Source: an uncultured Elusimicrobia bacterium
Lineage (GTDB): Bacteria; Elusimicrobiota; Elusimicrobia; 2-01-FULL-59-12
Length of the DNA stretch: 64,000 bases
Assembly (NCBI GenBank): GCA_963702895.1
Contig: OY969767.1
Coordinates: 1,100,866 to 1,164,865, forward strand
Direction of reading: 5' to 3'
The first letter of the stretch is position 1, and the number at the start of each line of letters is the position of its first letter. The position numbers and the translations under genes were made by a program. This document shows positions 44,738 through 54,019 of this stretch, piece after piece. A model generated the notes under the pieces. That model saw nothing but the letters and a program-made list of their open reading frames with translations. It had not been told where the DNA came from and did no database searches.

Positions 44738-45724
44738 CGTCAGAAGCGTTAGGGACATTTCCGGCATTTCCTTCCCCGACTTAATCGATTCTTCGGCTTC
44801 CAAGCAAAGGCTCAGGCTTTCCGTAAGGTCTTCCATACTCCAGCGGGACAATTCCTGAAGAAAACGGTTTTCTTCTCCCTTTCGAATATGAAAACGCATC
44901 GCTAGGACCGCTGCCGGTTCATCGGAGTTTCTGGCGTCAAGCCACTCCCGGAGCGATCGCGAAGCCAGGGCCAGAAGACGCAGGGGCTCTTCCCCGCCTT
45001 CCATCAGCTCATCCAGAACGGCCAGGGCCCTGGAGAGATCCTGTTTGCGGATGGAGGCGATCCATTCGAAAGGTGAGGCGGCCTTGCTGTAGCCGAAAGA
45101 AGCTTGCACATCTTCCAGGTTGATCTCCCGGGCCTCACCGACGTATGTGGCGCATTTGGCGAGCTCATGGTCAAGAAGCCTCAGCCCTTCTCCGGACTGC
45201 TGGATCAACCAGTGGGCAGCCTGCGCATGTAAGTTTTTCTTGTAAAGTTTGGCCCGTTCCGTGAGCCAGCGCTCAGCCTGCGCGGGGAAAAGCGGCCAGA
45301 AGATCACGATCTGCCCGAGCTTTGAAACGGCCTCGATAAGCGGTCGTTGAGCGTCGTCTCGCCTCCATTCCCTTCCCCAGACCAAAAGGCATGGTGTTTC
45401 GCGGTCCAGCGTCGTCAAGGTCTCGGAGAGCCGTTCCTGTTCTTTGGGGGAGAGTTGACTCACATTGTGGATGACCAGGACGCGCCTTGAGCCGAAAAAG
45501 GGAACGGTGTGAGCGGCTTGAAGGATGTCCTCAAGGGGTTGGATCGCGGCGTCGAGTTTATCCAACTGGAGCGGATCGGGACGTCCGCCAAGCCAGTGAT
45601 CGATGGCCTTTTGGATGGCGGCCTCAATTAAGAAATCTTCCTGCCCAGAAAACAGATAGACGGCTTTCCACTGCTGTCTGGCCCATTGACCCCAAAGATC
45701 GTCGGCTTTGATGGGCGCGCCCAT
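44690..45724 (-). CDS. holA: DNA polymerase III delta subunit
   Basis: AVYLFSGQEDFLIEAAIQKA and an overall delta-like helical C-terminus. leuS-lptE-holA synteny. ATG at 45724. Confidence 0.75.
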   Translation of the reverse strand: MGAPIKADDLWGQWARQQWKAVYLFSGQEDFLIEAAIQKAIDHWLGGRPDPLQLDKLDAAIQPLEDILQAAHTVPFFGSRRVLVIHNVSQLSPKEQERLSETLTTLDRETPCLLVWGREWRRDDAQRPLIEAVSKLGQIVIFWPLFPAQAERWLTERAKLYKKNLHAQAAHWLIQQSGEGLRLLDHELAKCATYVGEAREINLEDVQASFGYSKAASPFEWIASIRKQDLSRALAVLDELMEGGEEPLRLLALASRSLREWLDARNSDEPAAVLAMRFHIRKGEENRFLQELSRWSMEDLTESLSLCLEAEESIKSGKEMPEMSLTLLTLGLCRSEGAYAGRQS

Positions 45725-45731
45725 GGAGGAC

Positions 45732-46409
45732 TTAATACGGAATTCGGGTGGGTGAAGGTGCGTTCGGCTGTTGGTTCGGCGGCGGAGGTGGACTGTTGCT
45801 CGGGAACGTCGGCAAGGAGTTGTAATCTTCAGGGCTTGATTTCGGAACGGATCTCTCGGAGGCGCCCGTGACCGTGCCAAAGCCTTCCAAAGTCCGGGTG
45901 CGGATATCTCGGGAAAGCTGGTCCCAGATGGTCTGCCGCGCTTCCTCTTCCGTGAGGGACCCCTCATAGCCGGACGAGGCCACATAATAGCGAAGTTCCC
46001 CGTTCATGTTGGGTTCTGTCCAAAGAGTGAGGTTCTTGATTTTGTCATAAAAGGTTACGTTCGCCAGGATCCACAGTTTGTACTCCGTGGGAACTTGGTT
46101 GGAGTCATAGCTCAAGGGCTCCAGGATATAGCGGGTGATATCGCCGATCACCACGCCGTCGGCCTGGTCTTCGGTCGTGATCTGGTAACGACCATCCCGG
46201 TTGAATTCGGATTGAACGGCCAGTGTCAGTTTGTCTTCAAGACCATACTGCTGGGTGTGATTGGTGAAAGGCCGTACCGCGAGTTTGGCGATGTGCTGCG
46301 GAAGAATCTGAGGAGCCGGGTTGTAGTAATACTTGGAGCAACCGGTCATGACAAAAGTGACGAGCAATGAGCAATGAGCGATGAGGATGATTAGGTGACG
46401 GTTCGGCAA
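45732..46409 (-). CDS. lptE: LPS-assembly lipoprotein LptE-like
   Basis: Lipobox FVMTGC, then VRPFTNHTQQYGLEDKLTLAVQSEFNRDGRY. Located between leuS and holA. A TTG start at 46409 is proposed. Confidence 0.65.
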   Translation of the reverse strand: MPNRHLIILIAHCSLLVTFVMTGCSKYYYNPAPQILPQHIAKLAVRPFTNHTQQYGLEDKLTLAVQSEFNRDGRYQITTEDQADGVVIGDITRYILEPLSYDSNQVPTEYKLWILANVTFYDKIKNLTLWTEPNMNGELRYYVASSGYEGSLTEEEARQTIWDQLSRDIRTRTLEGFGTVTGASERSVPKSSPEDYNSLPTFPSNSPPPPPNQQPNAPSPTRIPY

Positions 46410-46440
46410 TTTAAGCCTAGTGAAATACGGCTCCAAAGCC

Positions 46441-46508
46441 GTCATTCCGGCGAAAGCCGGAATCCATGGTCGTTGACGCTTATGGACCCCGGCTTCCGCC
46501 GGGGTGAC
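46441..46508. repeat. Two REP-like hairpins (GTCATTCCGGC-GAAA-GCCGGAAT and ACCCCGGC-TTCC-GCCGGGGT) in the leuS-lptE spacer
   Basis: Perfect 8-bp stems with tetraloops were read directly. Confidence 0.85.
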
Positions 46509-46555
46509 GTCAGAGGTGTGATTCACTAGTCTCAGTTTTCTCATTGCTCACAACT

Positions 46556-49060
46556 TTATTTGATAACAATATTGACCAGCTTGTCGGGGACGACAATGGT
46601 TTTAACCACTGACTTTCCTGCTATGAGACTCTGAACCTTGGGGTCTGCTAAGGCCTTGCGTTCGATCACATCTTTCGATGTCCCGGGCGCCATCTGCAGT
46701 CGTGAGCGTAGTTTACCATTAATCTGGACGACGATTTCGACGATTTCCGCCGTGAGCCACTGGGCATCGGCCTTCGGCCAGGCTGAGGCCGAACAAAGAC
46801 CCGGTTCGCCGAGGGTTTCCCAGAGTTCTTCCATCAAATGAGGTGCCACGGGGGACAGAAGCTGAAGCACCGCACGGACGGCTTCGCGAGACGTTGGATC
46901 GCCCAACGCGGGGTAGAGATAGAGCTCATTGACCAACTCCATCACAGCGGCAATCGCGGTATTGATCTGGATTTCGACCCCATAATCAGCGGTGACTTTG
47001 TGGATCGCCCAATGCGTCTTTCGCTTAAGGCTCTTTTCTTGATCTGGGGTGGCTGTCCCGGACGAATGGGCTTTGGCCTGCGTGTCCTTCACGAGTCGCC
47101 AAACGCGGTTCAGAAAGCGCCAAGAGCCTTCGACGCCGGCATCGGACCATTCCAGCTGTTTCTCGGGGGGTGAGGCGAACAAGATGAAGAGGCGGGCCGT
47201 GTCCGCTCCGTATTTTGAAATGATGGCGTTCGGGTCAACCACATTCCCCCTGGATTTGGACATCGCGGCGCCTCCCAAGGTCACCATGCCTTGGGCGAGG
47301 AGCCGCTCGAAAGGCTCCTCGGAGCTGACCAACCCCAAGGCCTTCATGGCCTTGTGCCAGAAGCGCGAATAGATGAGATGCATGCAGGCATGTTCAATGC
47401 CGCCGATGTACTGGTTGACGGGCAGCCAGGGATTGACCTCGCCGGGCGAAAAAGGCGCTGCCTGATTTTTAGAGTCTGCATAGCGCGCGAAGTACCAGGA
47501 GGAATCCACAAACGTGTCCATCGTATCGGTTTCTCTTTGGGCTTTTCCGCCACACTTGGGGCAGGTGGTGTTGACAAAGGAGGAAGATTGGGCCAGCGGT
47601 GATTGCCCTGTTCCCGTAAACGCAACCTCGGCAGGAAGGCGTACCGGGAGGTCTTGTTCAGGGACAGGCACAATCCCACAAGAAGCGCAGGTGAGCATGG
47701 GGATGGGCGTGCCCCAATAACGCTGCCTTGACACGAGCCAATCCCGGAGCTTATAGGTGATTGTGGGCTTGCCTTGTCCGCGCGCTTTGAGCCATTCCCC
47801 TACCTTGCGTTTGCCCTCTTGGGACGGCGTGTCGTTAAACTCGCCGGAATTCATCATGACCCCTTCGGCTTCGTAGGCACCCTCCCCCCTTGTGGGGGAG
47901 GAAGGAGGTGGGGGGCCACCCCTATCCCTGCCTTCCCCCATCAAGGGGGAAGGAGTGATCGGTCGGATGACTTGAATGATGGGAATTTTGTATTTCGTGG
48001 CAAACTCAAAATCGCGCTGGTCATGGGCCGGCACGGCCATGATGGCGCCTGTCCCATAGTCCATGACGACATAATCAGCCACCCAGATGGGCACCGGCTT
48101 TTGATTGACGGGGTTCATGGCGTTAACGCCCAGGGAGAAACCGGTTTTCTCATCGGTTTCCTGGCGTTGTCGCCTGCGTTCTCGCTGCCCCCGAAGGAGG
48201 GTCTCTAAGGCCGTGGATTTCCCCGCTTGCGCGGCGAGCTCTTGGGCGAGCGGATGTTCCGGGGAGAGCGCCATGAAGGTCGCTCCGAAGAGCGTGTCCG
48301 GGCGAGTCGTGAAGACGGTGATCGACTCTTTGCGTCCTTGGATCGGAAAGACGACTTCCGCTCCGTCACTTTGGCCGATCCAGTATTGCTGCATGGTGAT
48401 CACTTCATCCGGCCATTTCCCCTTGAGCAGCTCATGGCCCTGGAGCAGCGCTTCGGCGAAGGCCGTAATTTTAATGAACCATTGCTCGAGTTCCTTTTGC
48501 TGGACCACGGAATCGCACCTCCAGCATTGGCCGGAAGCGGACACCTGCTCGTTGGCCAGAACGGTCTGGCAGGAGGGACACCAGTTCACGGAAGCTTTTT
48601 TCTTGTAGACCCAGCTCTTTTCGAAAAACTTAATGAAAAACCACTGGTTCCAGCGGTAGTAATTCTCGTCACAGGTCGCGAGTTCCCTCTCCCAGTCATA
48701 GGAGATGCCCAGGGCCTTGAGTTGATCGCGCATGATGGCGATGTTCTGACGCGTCCATTTCTCAGGATGGACCTTGTTTTTGATGGCGGCGTTTTCGGCC
48801 GGCAGGCCAAAGGCGTCCCAGCCAATGGGGTGCAGAACGTTTTCCCCCTTCATGCGGTGGAAGCGCGCGACGACATCCCCCAGGGTATAGTTGCGGACAT
48901 GTCCCATATGGAGGCTGCCGGAAGGGTAAGGGAACATCTCCAGAGCGTAATAGCGCGGGCGGGGGTCGTTGGCTTTCGCGGCGAAGCACTTCTGCTTCTC
49001 CCATACCGCTTGCCATTTCTTTTCGATGGCCCGGACGTCGTAAGTGTTCTTATGTTCCAT
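46556..49060 (-). CDS. leuS: Leucine-tRNA ligase
   Basis: HMGHVRNY (HIGH), AMSKSRGN (KMSKS), CP1 editing domain and zinc-finger Cys pairs. Confidence 0.95.
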   Translation of the reverse strand: MEHKNTYDVRAIEKKWQAVWEKQKCFAAKANDPRPRYYALEMFPYPSGSLHMGHVRNYTLGDVVARFHRMKGENVLHPIGWDAFGLPAENAAIKNKVHPEKWTRQNIAIMRDQLKALGISYDWERELATCDENYYRWNQWFFIKFFEKSWVYKKKASVNWCPSCQTVLANEQVSASGQCWRCDSVVQQKELEQWFIKITAFAEALLQGHELLKGKWPDEVITMQQYWIGQSDGAEVVFPIQGRKESITVFTTRPDTLFGATFMALSPEHPLAQELAAQAGKSTALETLLRGQRERRRQRQETDEKTGFSLGVNAMNPVNQKPVPIWVADYVVMDYGTGAIMAVPAHDQRDFEFATKYKIPIIQVIRPITPSPLMGEGRDRGGPPPPSSPTRGEGAYEAEGVMMNSGEFNDTPSQEGKRKVGEWLKARGQGKPTITYKLRDWLVSRQRYWGTPIPMLTCASCGIVPVPEQDLPVRLPAEVAFTGTGQSPLAQSSSFVNTTCPKCGGKAQRETDTMDTFVDSSWYFARYADSKNQAAPFSPGEVNPWLPVNQYIGGIEHACMHLIYSRFWHKAMKALGLVSSEEPFERLLAQGMVTLGGAAMSKSRGNVVDPNAIISKYGADTARLFILFASPPEKQLEWSDAGVEGSWRFLNRVWRLVKDTQAKAHSSGTATPDQEKSLKRKTHWAIHKVTADYGVEIQINTAIAAVMELVNELYLYPALGDPTSREAVRAVLQLLSPVAPHLMEELWETLGEPGLCSASAWPKADAQWLTAEIVEIVVQINGKLRSRLQMAPGTSKDVIERKALADPKVQSLIAGKSVVKTIVVPDKLVNIVIK
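47879..47955. repeat. G/C-run palindromic element, in frame in leuS
   Basis: Three hairpins: ctcccccc ttgt gggggag, ggtgg gggg ccacc, and ccttccccc atca agggggaagg. Encodes PSPLMGEGRDRGGPPPPSSPTRGEGA between IPIIQVIRPI and YEAEGVMMNSGEFN. Confidence 0.75.
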
Positions 49061-49540
49061 TTAAGCGCGCTGGAGCAGAAAAAAGGTTTCCTGGTTTCCC
49101 TTGCGACCTTTGAGGGACGAATCACACCGGTCGAGCAGGTTCAAACCGATGCGAGCGAAGAAGTCTTCGGTCCTTTTGAGAATCAACTGCCTCGTGGCCT
49201 CATCCCGCACAAATCCGCCCGGGGCTTCCTTGGGCGTTCCTTCAAACTGTGGCTTGACGAGTGTAAGGATGCGGCCATCATCCGTCAGGCATTCCAGGAT
49301 TGGAGCCATTATTTTAGCAAGTGAAATAAAGGAAAGGTCGACGGTGACCACGTCAGGCTTTTCCGAGAGTTGTGAAAGGTCCATATGGCGGAAGTTCGTG
49401 CGTTCATGAAGTTCGACTCGCGGGTCCTTTCGAAGCCGGTAGTCCAGGAGGCCATAACCGACATCGATCGCGATCACTTTCCTGGCGCCGGCCTGCAGAA
49501 GGCAGTCGGTAAAGCCGCCGGTGGACGATCCGATGTCCAT
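49061..49540 (-). CDS. tlyA: TlyA-like (FtsJ-fold) rRNA 2'-O-methyltransferase; 5' end unresolved
   Basis: DIGSSTGGFTDCLLQAGARKVIAIDVGYG. Homology continues upstream in frame (KFVSRGGHKLSGALRHFGTSIRNKVC, to about 49640), but no ATG/GTG/TTG lies there. Confidence 0.65.
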   Translation of the reverse strand: MDIGSSTGGFTDCLLQAGARKVIAIDVGYGLLDYRLRKDPRVELHERTNFRHMDLSQLSEKPDVVTVDLSFISLAKIMAPILECLTDDGRILTLVKPQFEGTPKEAPGGFVRDEATRQLILKRTEDFFARIGLNLLDRCDSSLKGRKGNQETFFLLQRA

Positions 49541-49722
49541 ACAGACTTTATTTCGAATGGAAGTGCCAAAGTGGCGAAGTGCACCTGAGAGCTTGTGGCC
49601 GCCACGGGAGACGAACTTCTGTCCCCCTGGAGCGGGCGAACTGCCCTGGGCGGCACGTGAGATCAGGTCGGTTGGTTGGTCTCGGCGTGCGATGGACTTT
49701 CTGTTGGGAATCGGAGCCAGGC

Positions 49723-51606
49723 TCAGCTCACAGGTTCAAGAGAAGGCCGTCGGTGCTTGAGGAACTCGAGTGTCGTATGAGCGATCTTCTCAGGGGAGAG
49801 CCCCACCATCTCGCGCAGGACGTTCTGCGGGCCGTGCTCAATAAACTTGTCGGGGATGCCGATGCGATGAATGCGCACGTCTGTTCCTTCCATCGCTTCC
49901 ATGACCGCGCTGCCGAATCCTCCGGGGAGCACATGCTCTTCGATCGTGATGAAGTTCGGGGTCTGCCGGCAGAGCTGCAAGAGAAGGTCTTTATCGAGTG
50001 GTTTGACAAAACGCATGTTGACCACGCCACAGGGGATGCCTTCCTTCTCAATAAGGGTCGCCGCCTTGAGCGCTGGATGCACCATGGCCCCGATGGCCAG
50101 AAGATACACTTCTTGCCCAGGTTTAAGCACGACACCTTGGCCGATGGGAAGGGTCTTCAAGTCCCGGTCCAGAGGCACGCCTTCACCCGGACCGCGAGGG
50201 TAACGGAGGAGACAAGGCATGTTGTGGGAGAGGGCGGTCTTGAGCATATGTTGGAGTTCGTTTTCGTCGGCGGGGGCCATCACGACGAAATTCGGAATGA
50301 TGCGGCTATATGCAAAATCAAGGACGCCATGATGCGTGGGTCCATCTTCACCGACAAGACCAGCCCGGTCTAGGGCCAAGACGACGGGCAGCTTTTGCAG
50401 GGCCACGTCGTGATGCATCTGGTCAAAACCTCGCTGCATGAACGTGGAATAGATGGCGGCGACGGGTCTAAGTCCTTCACAGGCCATGCCAGCGGCAAAA
50501 GTGACCGCATGTTCTTCCGCCAGGCCCACATCAAAAAAGCGCGAGGGGATTTCCTTGCGGAAAAGATCGGTGCCCGTTCCTTCCGGCATCGCGGCGGTGA
50601 TGCAGGTGATGCGCGGGTCTTCTTTGGCGAGCCGGACCAGTGTTTCTCCAAAAACCGTTTGATAAGCCGGAGGAGGCGGTGAGCTGGGCTTGAGCAGCGT
50701 TCCCGTTTTGACATCGAATTTTCCGGGGCCATGCCACGTGTAGGGGTCTCGTTCAGCGTAATCGTAGCCTTTGCCTTTTTTCGTGATGATGTGGAGGAGG
50801 ACCGGGCCCTTGAGTGTTTTGATGTTTTGCAGGACTTCCACCAATTTGTCGACGTCATGGCCATCGACCGGACCAAAGTAGGAAAACCCCAACTCTTCAA
50901 AGAGCATGCCGGGGAAGAGCAGCACGCGCATACGCTTGGCGACACGTAAGAGGCCGGCGCCATAGAACTGGATGCGTTTCAGAAATTTCTCAACTTCCGC
51001 TTCAAGCTTTTTGGCAAGACCTCCCGTGAGGAGCTTGGTCAAGAAAGCGCCGAGCGCGCCGACGCGGTTGGAGATGAACATTTCGTTGTCGTTAAGGACC
51101 ACCAGAAGGTCCGAGCCGACATGGCCGGCATTCTGAAGTCCTTCAAAGGACATACCGCCCGTGATGCAGCCGTCGCTCACGATCGCCACGACGCGGTGGT
51201 CCTGTTTGTTTTGATCGCGGGCCACGGCCATGCCGAGCGCCGCTGAAATCGCGGTGGAGGCGTGGCCCGCGCCAAAGGCATCGTAGGGAGACTCATCGCG
51301 CCTCAGGAAGCCGGAGAGGCCGTTCATCTGCCGGATGGTGTCAAAGCGGTCTTTGCGGCCGGTCAGGAGCTTGTGCCCGTAGGTCTGGTGGCCGGTGTCC
51401 CATACGATTTTGTCTTGGGGCGTGTTAAAAACGTAATGAAGGGCAATGGTGAGTTCTGTGGCACCGAGCGAAGACCCCAGATGGCCGCCTCGCGACGAAA
51501 CAACATCGAGGATTCGGTCGCGCATTTCGCGGGCAAGCTGCGGTAGCTGTTCGCGGCGCAGTTGGCGGACGTCACGTGCGTCTTTGATTTGGTCAAGAAG
51601 TCCCAT
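49723..51606 (-). CDS. dxs: 1-deoxy-D-xylulose-5-phosphate synthase
   Basis: GGHLGSSLGATELTIALHYVF, GHQTYGHKLLTGR, GDGCITGGMSFE-like and PTHHG. ATG at 51606. Confidence 0.95.
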   Translation of the reverse strand: MGLLDQIKDARDVRQLRREQLPQLAREMRDRILDVVSSRGGHLGSSLGATELTIALHYVFNTPQDKIVWDTGHQTYGHKLLTGRKDRFDTIRQMNGLSGFLRRDESPYDAFGAGHASTAISAALGMAVARDQNKQDHRVVAIVSDGCITGGMSFEGLQNAGHVGSDLLVVLNDNEMFISNRVGALGAFLTKLLTGGLAKKLEAEVEKFLKRIQFYGAGLLRVAKRMRVLLFPGMLFEELGFSYFGPVDGHDVDKLVEVLQNIKTLKGPVLLHIITKKGKGYDYAERDPYTWHGPGKFDVKTGTLLKPSSPPPPAYQTVFGETLVRLAKEDPRITCITAAMPEGTGTDLFRKEIPSRFFDVGLAEEHAVTFAAGMACEGLRPVAAIYSTFMQRGFDQMHHDVALQKLPVVLALDRAGLVGEDGPTHHGVLDFAYSRIIPNFVVMAPADENELQHMLKTALSHNMPCLLRYPRGPGEGVPLDRDLKTLPIGQGVVLKPGQEVYLLAIGAMVHPALKAATLIEKEGIPCGVVNMRFVKPLDKDLLLQLCRQTPNFITIEEHVLPGGFGSAVMEAMEGTDVRIHRIGIPDKFIEHGPQNVLREMVGLSPEKIAHTTLEFLKHRRPSLEPVS

Positions 51607-51607
51607 T

Positions 51608-52519
51608 CTAGTGGTCCCTTTCAATGATGTAATTGGCGAGCTGCTTGAGGACCTGGGCGCGTTTCCCAAAGGGCGCCAGGGCCTTCTTCGCGTCTTCGAT
51701 GAGCAGCTGAGCCTTTGTTCTCGACTCTTCCAGGCCATAAAGTGCCGGGAAGGTCAGTTTTTCGTTCTTCGCGTCAGAGCCGCTCTTGCCGAGCTTCGTT
51801 TTGTCCGCCACAACGTCCAAAACATCATCAGCGATCTGAAACGCCAGGCCGATTTTCTCCCCATAGTCGCCCAGGGCGGAGAACTGTCGGGGGGTAGCGC
51901 CGGACAGAGCGGCACCGGCTTGGAGGCTGGCGCGAATCAGCGCGGCGGTCTTATGCCTGTGTATGGCGGAGATCAAAGCGGCCTGGTTCTGGTGCTTCTT
52001 CCACTGGCCGCCGTCGGCCTGGATGTCCATGACCTGCCCGCCCACCATCCCGAAGGTCCCCGCGCCGTGTGCGATCAACTGAACCACAGTCGGGACCAAG
52101 AAGGGCCGCACGCCGCGTATTTTAGCATTTTGGGCGATGAGCTCGAAGGCCTTGGTCAAGAGGGCGTCTCCCGCCAAAATGGCGATCGCTTCCCCATAGA
52201 CTTTATGGTTGGTGGGACGTCCCCGGCGGAGATCATCATCGTCCATGGCGGGGAGGTCGTCATGGACCAGAGAATAGGTGTGGATGAGCTCCATCGCGGC
52301 GGCCGTGGGCAGGGCGATTTCCGGCTTTTTGCCGCATATTTCGGCGCCCATGAGGACGAGCACCGGCCGGAGCCTTTTACCCCCGGCGAAGACGGAATAG
52401 CGCATGGCTTCGTAGATGAGCTCGGGGTTGGACGTGGTCTTGTCCATGTAGTGGTCAAGCGCCTTTTCCACCATTTTTCGGCGCGTTTCGAAATAGCTGT
52501 GCAGCGGCTCCGGCATCAT
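51608..52519 (-). CDS. ispA: Polyprenyl (farnesyl/geranylgeranyl) diphosphate synthase
   Basis: LVHDDLPAMDDDDLRRGRPT and FQIADDVLD (two DDxxD motifs). Confidence 0.9.
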   Translation of the reverse strand: MMPEPLHSYFETRRKMVEKALDHYMDKTTSNPELIYEAMRYSVFAGGKRLRPVLVLMGAEICGKKPEIALPTAAAMELIHTYSLVHDDLPAMDDDDLRRGRPTNHKVYGEAIAILAGDALLTKAFELIAQNAKIRGVRPFLVPTVVQLIAHGAGTFGMVGGQVMDIQADGGQWKKHQNQAALISAIHRHKTAALIRASLQAGAALSGATPRQFSALGDYGEKIGLAFQIADDVLDVVADKTKLGKSGSDAKNEKLTFPALYGLEESRTKAQLLIEDAKKALAPFGKRAQVLKQLANYIIERDH

Positions 52520-52548
52520 AGGGGCGCTATTGTACCTAAATTCTGGTC

Positions 52549-53352
52549 CTACGCTTCAGACAGGGTGTCGGAGAGCGGCACAAGTTCTGAGAAGCGCTGG
52601 ATGGAGCGGGCTCGGCCGGTCAGTTCATCGACATCGAGCACGCAGCCGCACACCAAGGCATCTCCCGCGGCGACCTGGAGGGGTTGATGCAGGCCGGTGG
52701 TGAAGCGCTTCATGGTGCTGTTGATGTCGGCGCCGATGATGCTGTTGAGCGGCCCGCAGGCGCCGATATCGGTGATAAAAGCGGTGCCCCCCGGGAGTAT
52801 TCGATCATCGGCCGTTTGAACGTGGGTGTGCGTCCCAATCGCGGCGCTCGCGCGGCCGTCGATGTGCCAGGCGAGCGCCGCCTTTTCCGATGTGATTTCC
52901 GCGTGCAGATCAACCACGATGACTTTCGTCTCTTCCCTCAGTTTGGCGAGCTCCACGTCCGCGGTCTGAAAAGGGCAATCGGTGAGCGGCATGTAGACCC
53001 GTCCCATGAGTTGGAGGACCGCGACAAAGCTTCCTGACTTGGTTTCATAGACGCCCGAGCCATGGCCGGGGACCTTGGCGGGGTAGTTGGCCGGTCTCAG
53101 GAGCCGCGGGTCCTCGATGATGGCCTGGATTTCTTTGCGGTCGAAAGTGTGGTTGCCCATGGTAATGACATCGACACCTTCTTTCCACATTTCCTCGGCG
53201 TGTTTGGGGGAGAGGCCTTTCCCGTGGGCGGCATTTTCGGCGTTGACAATAATGAAATCCGGATGATGGGCGGCTCGCGCGCGCGGCAATACGGTGTAGA
53301 GCCCCTCGCGGCCTGAACGGCCAATCACATCACCAAAGAAAAGGATTTTCAT
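52549..53352 (-). CDS. YmdB-like metallophosphoesterase (TIGR00282 type)
   Basis: MKILFFGDVIGRSGR, VNAENAAHGKGL and GNHTFD. ATG at 53352. Confidence 0.85.
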   Translation of the reverse strand: MKILFFGDVIGRSGREGLYTVLPRARAAHHPDFIIVNAENAAHGKGLSPKHAEEMWKEGVDVITMGNHTFDRKEIQAIIEDPRLLRPANYPAKVPGHGSGVYETKSGSFVAVLQLMGRVYMPLTDCPFQTADVELAKLREETKVIVVDLHAEITSEKAALAWHIDGRASAAIGTHTHVQTADDRILPGGTAFITDIGACGPLNSIIGADINSTMKRFTTGLHQPLQVAAGDALVCGCVLDVDELTGRARSIQRFSELVPLSDTLSEA

Positions 53353-53356
53353 CAGC

Positions 53357-54019
53357 TTATTTCTTCGCCTTCGATCGCGGCGTTGTGAGAGGTTGTTGTT
53401 CCGTGCGGCCGGCGCCTTTGTCCTGCCCTTCGATGGGAGCGAGTGTCGGGGCAATGATTTGTTTTTCAGTCACGATGAAGTGCATGCGGATGTCATGGGT
53501 TTCCATGGGCAGATCCACGTGCGCGACTTGATTTTCAAAGGCCAGTGCCATGCGCACAGCCTTGGGCATGAAGGGAAGAAGCTTGTCGAAATAGCCCCCT
53601 CCAAACCCAAGCCGAGTCCCAAGGCGATCAAACGCGATCCCAGGGATAAGCGCCAGATCTACCTGCGCCGGGTCCACCAACCTTCTAAACTGTGGGTCCA
53701 CTTGAAGAATCCCGCGGTGCGTGGTGGTGAGTTCTCCAAAGCGCTTGATTTCAGAAATCGGCGTTCCGTGACGTTCCGCATCGTGAATGGGGATCATCAC
53801 ACGCTTACGGAAGCGCAGGGCCTCCTGGATGATCGTATGGGTTTCCACTTCGGATCCGAAGGAGACGTAACAAAGAATGCGCTCGGCCGATTTCCAGGCG
53901 GGGTGCCCCAAGATGCGCTGGCGGATCATGGAGCTGTGCCTGAGCCTCAAGTCCTCTTCGAGGCCATCGCGCTTCTTTAAGAATTCTTTTCGGAGGGTCG
54001 CTTTGTCTGGGATCTCCAT
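53357..54019 (-). CDS. 5-formyltetrahydrofolate cyclo-ligase
   Basis: LRKEFLKKRD..., ILCYVSFGSEVETH, GIAFDRLGTRLGFGGGYFDK. Confidence 0.85.
   Translation of the reverse strand: MEIPDKATLRKEFLKKRDGLEEDLRLRHSSMIRQRILGHPAWKSAERILCYVSFGSEVETHTIIQEALRFRKRVMIPIHDAERHGTPISEIKRFGELTTTHRGILQVDPQFRRLVDPAQVDLALIPGIAFDRLGTRLGFGGGYFDKLLPFMPKAVRMALAFENQVAHVDLPMETHDIRMHFIVTEKQIIAPTLAPIEGQDKGAGRTEQQPLTTPRSKAKK

Noticed and set aside
46362-46388. Heptanucleotide tandem repeat (GAGCAAT GAGCAAT GAGCGAT GAGGAT) in the lptE signal-peptide region as a phase-variation tract
   Set aside because: There are only two perfect copies. The three full units sum to 21 nt and keep the frame. There is no evidence of slippage.
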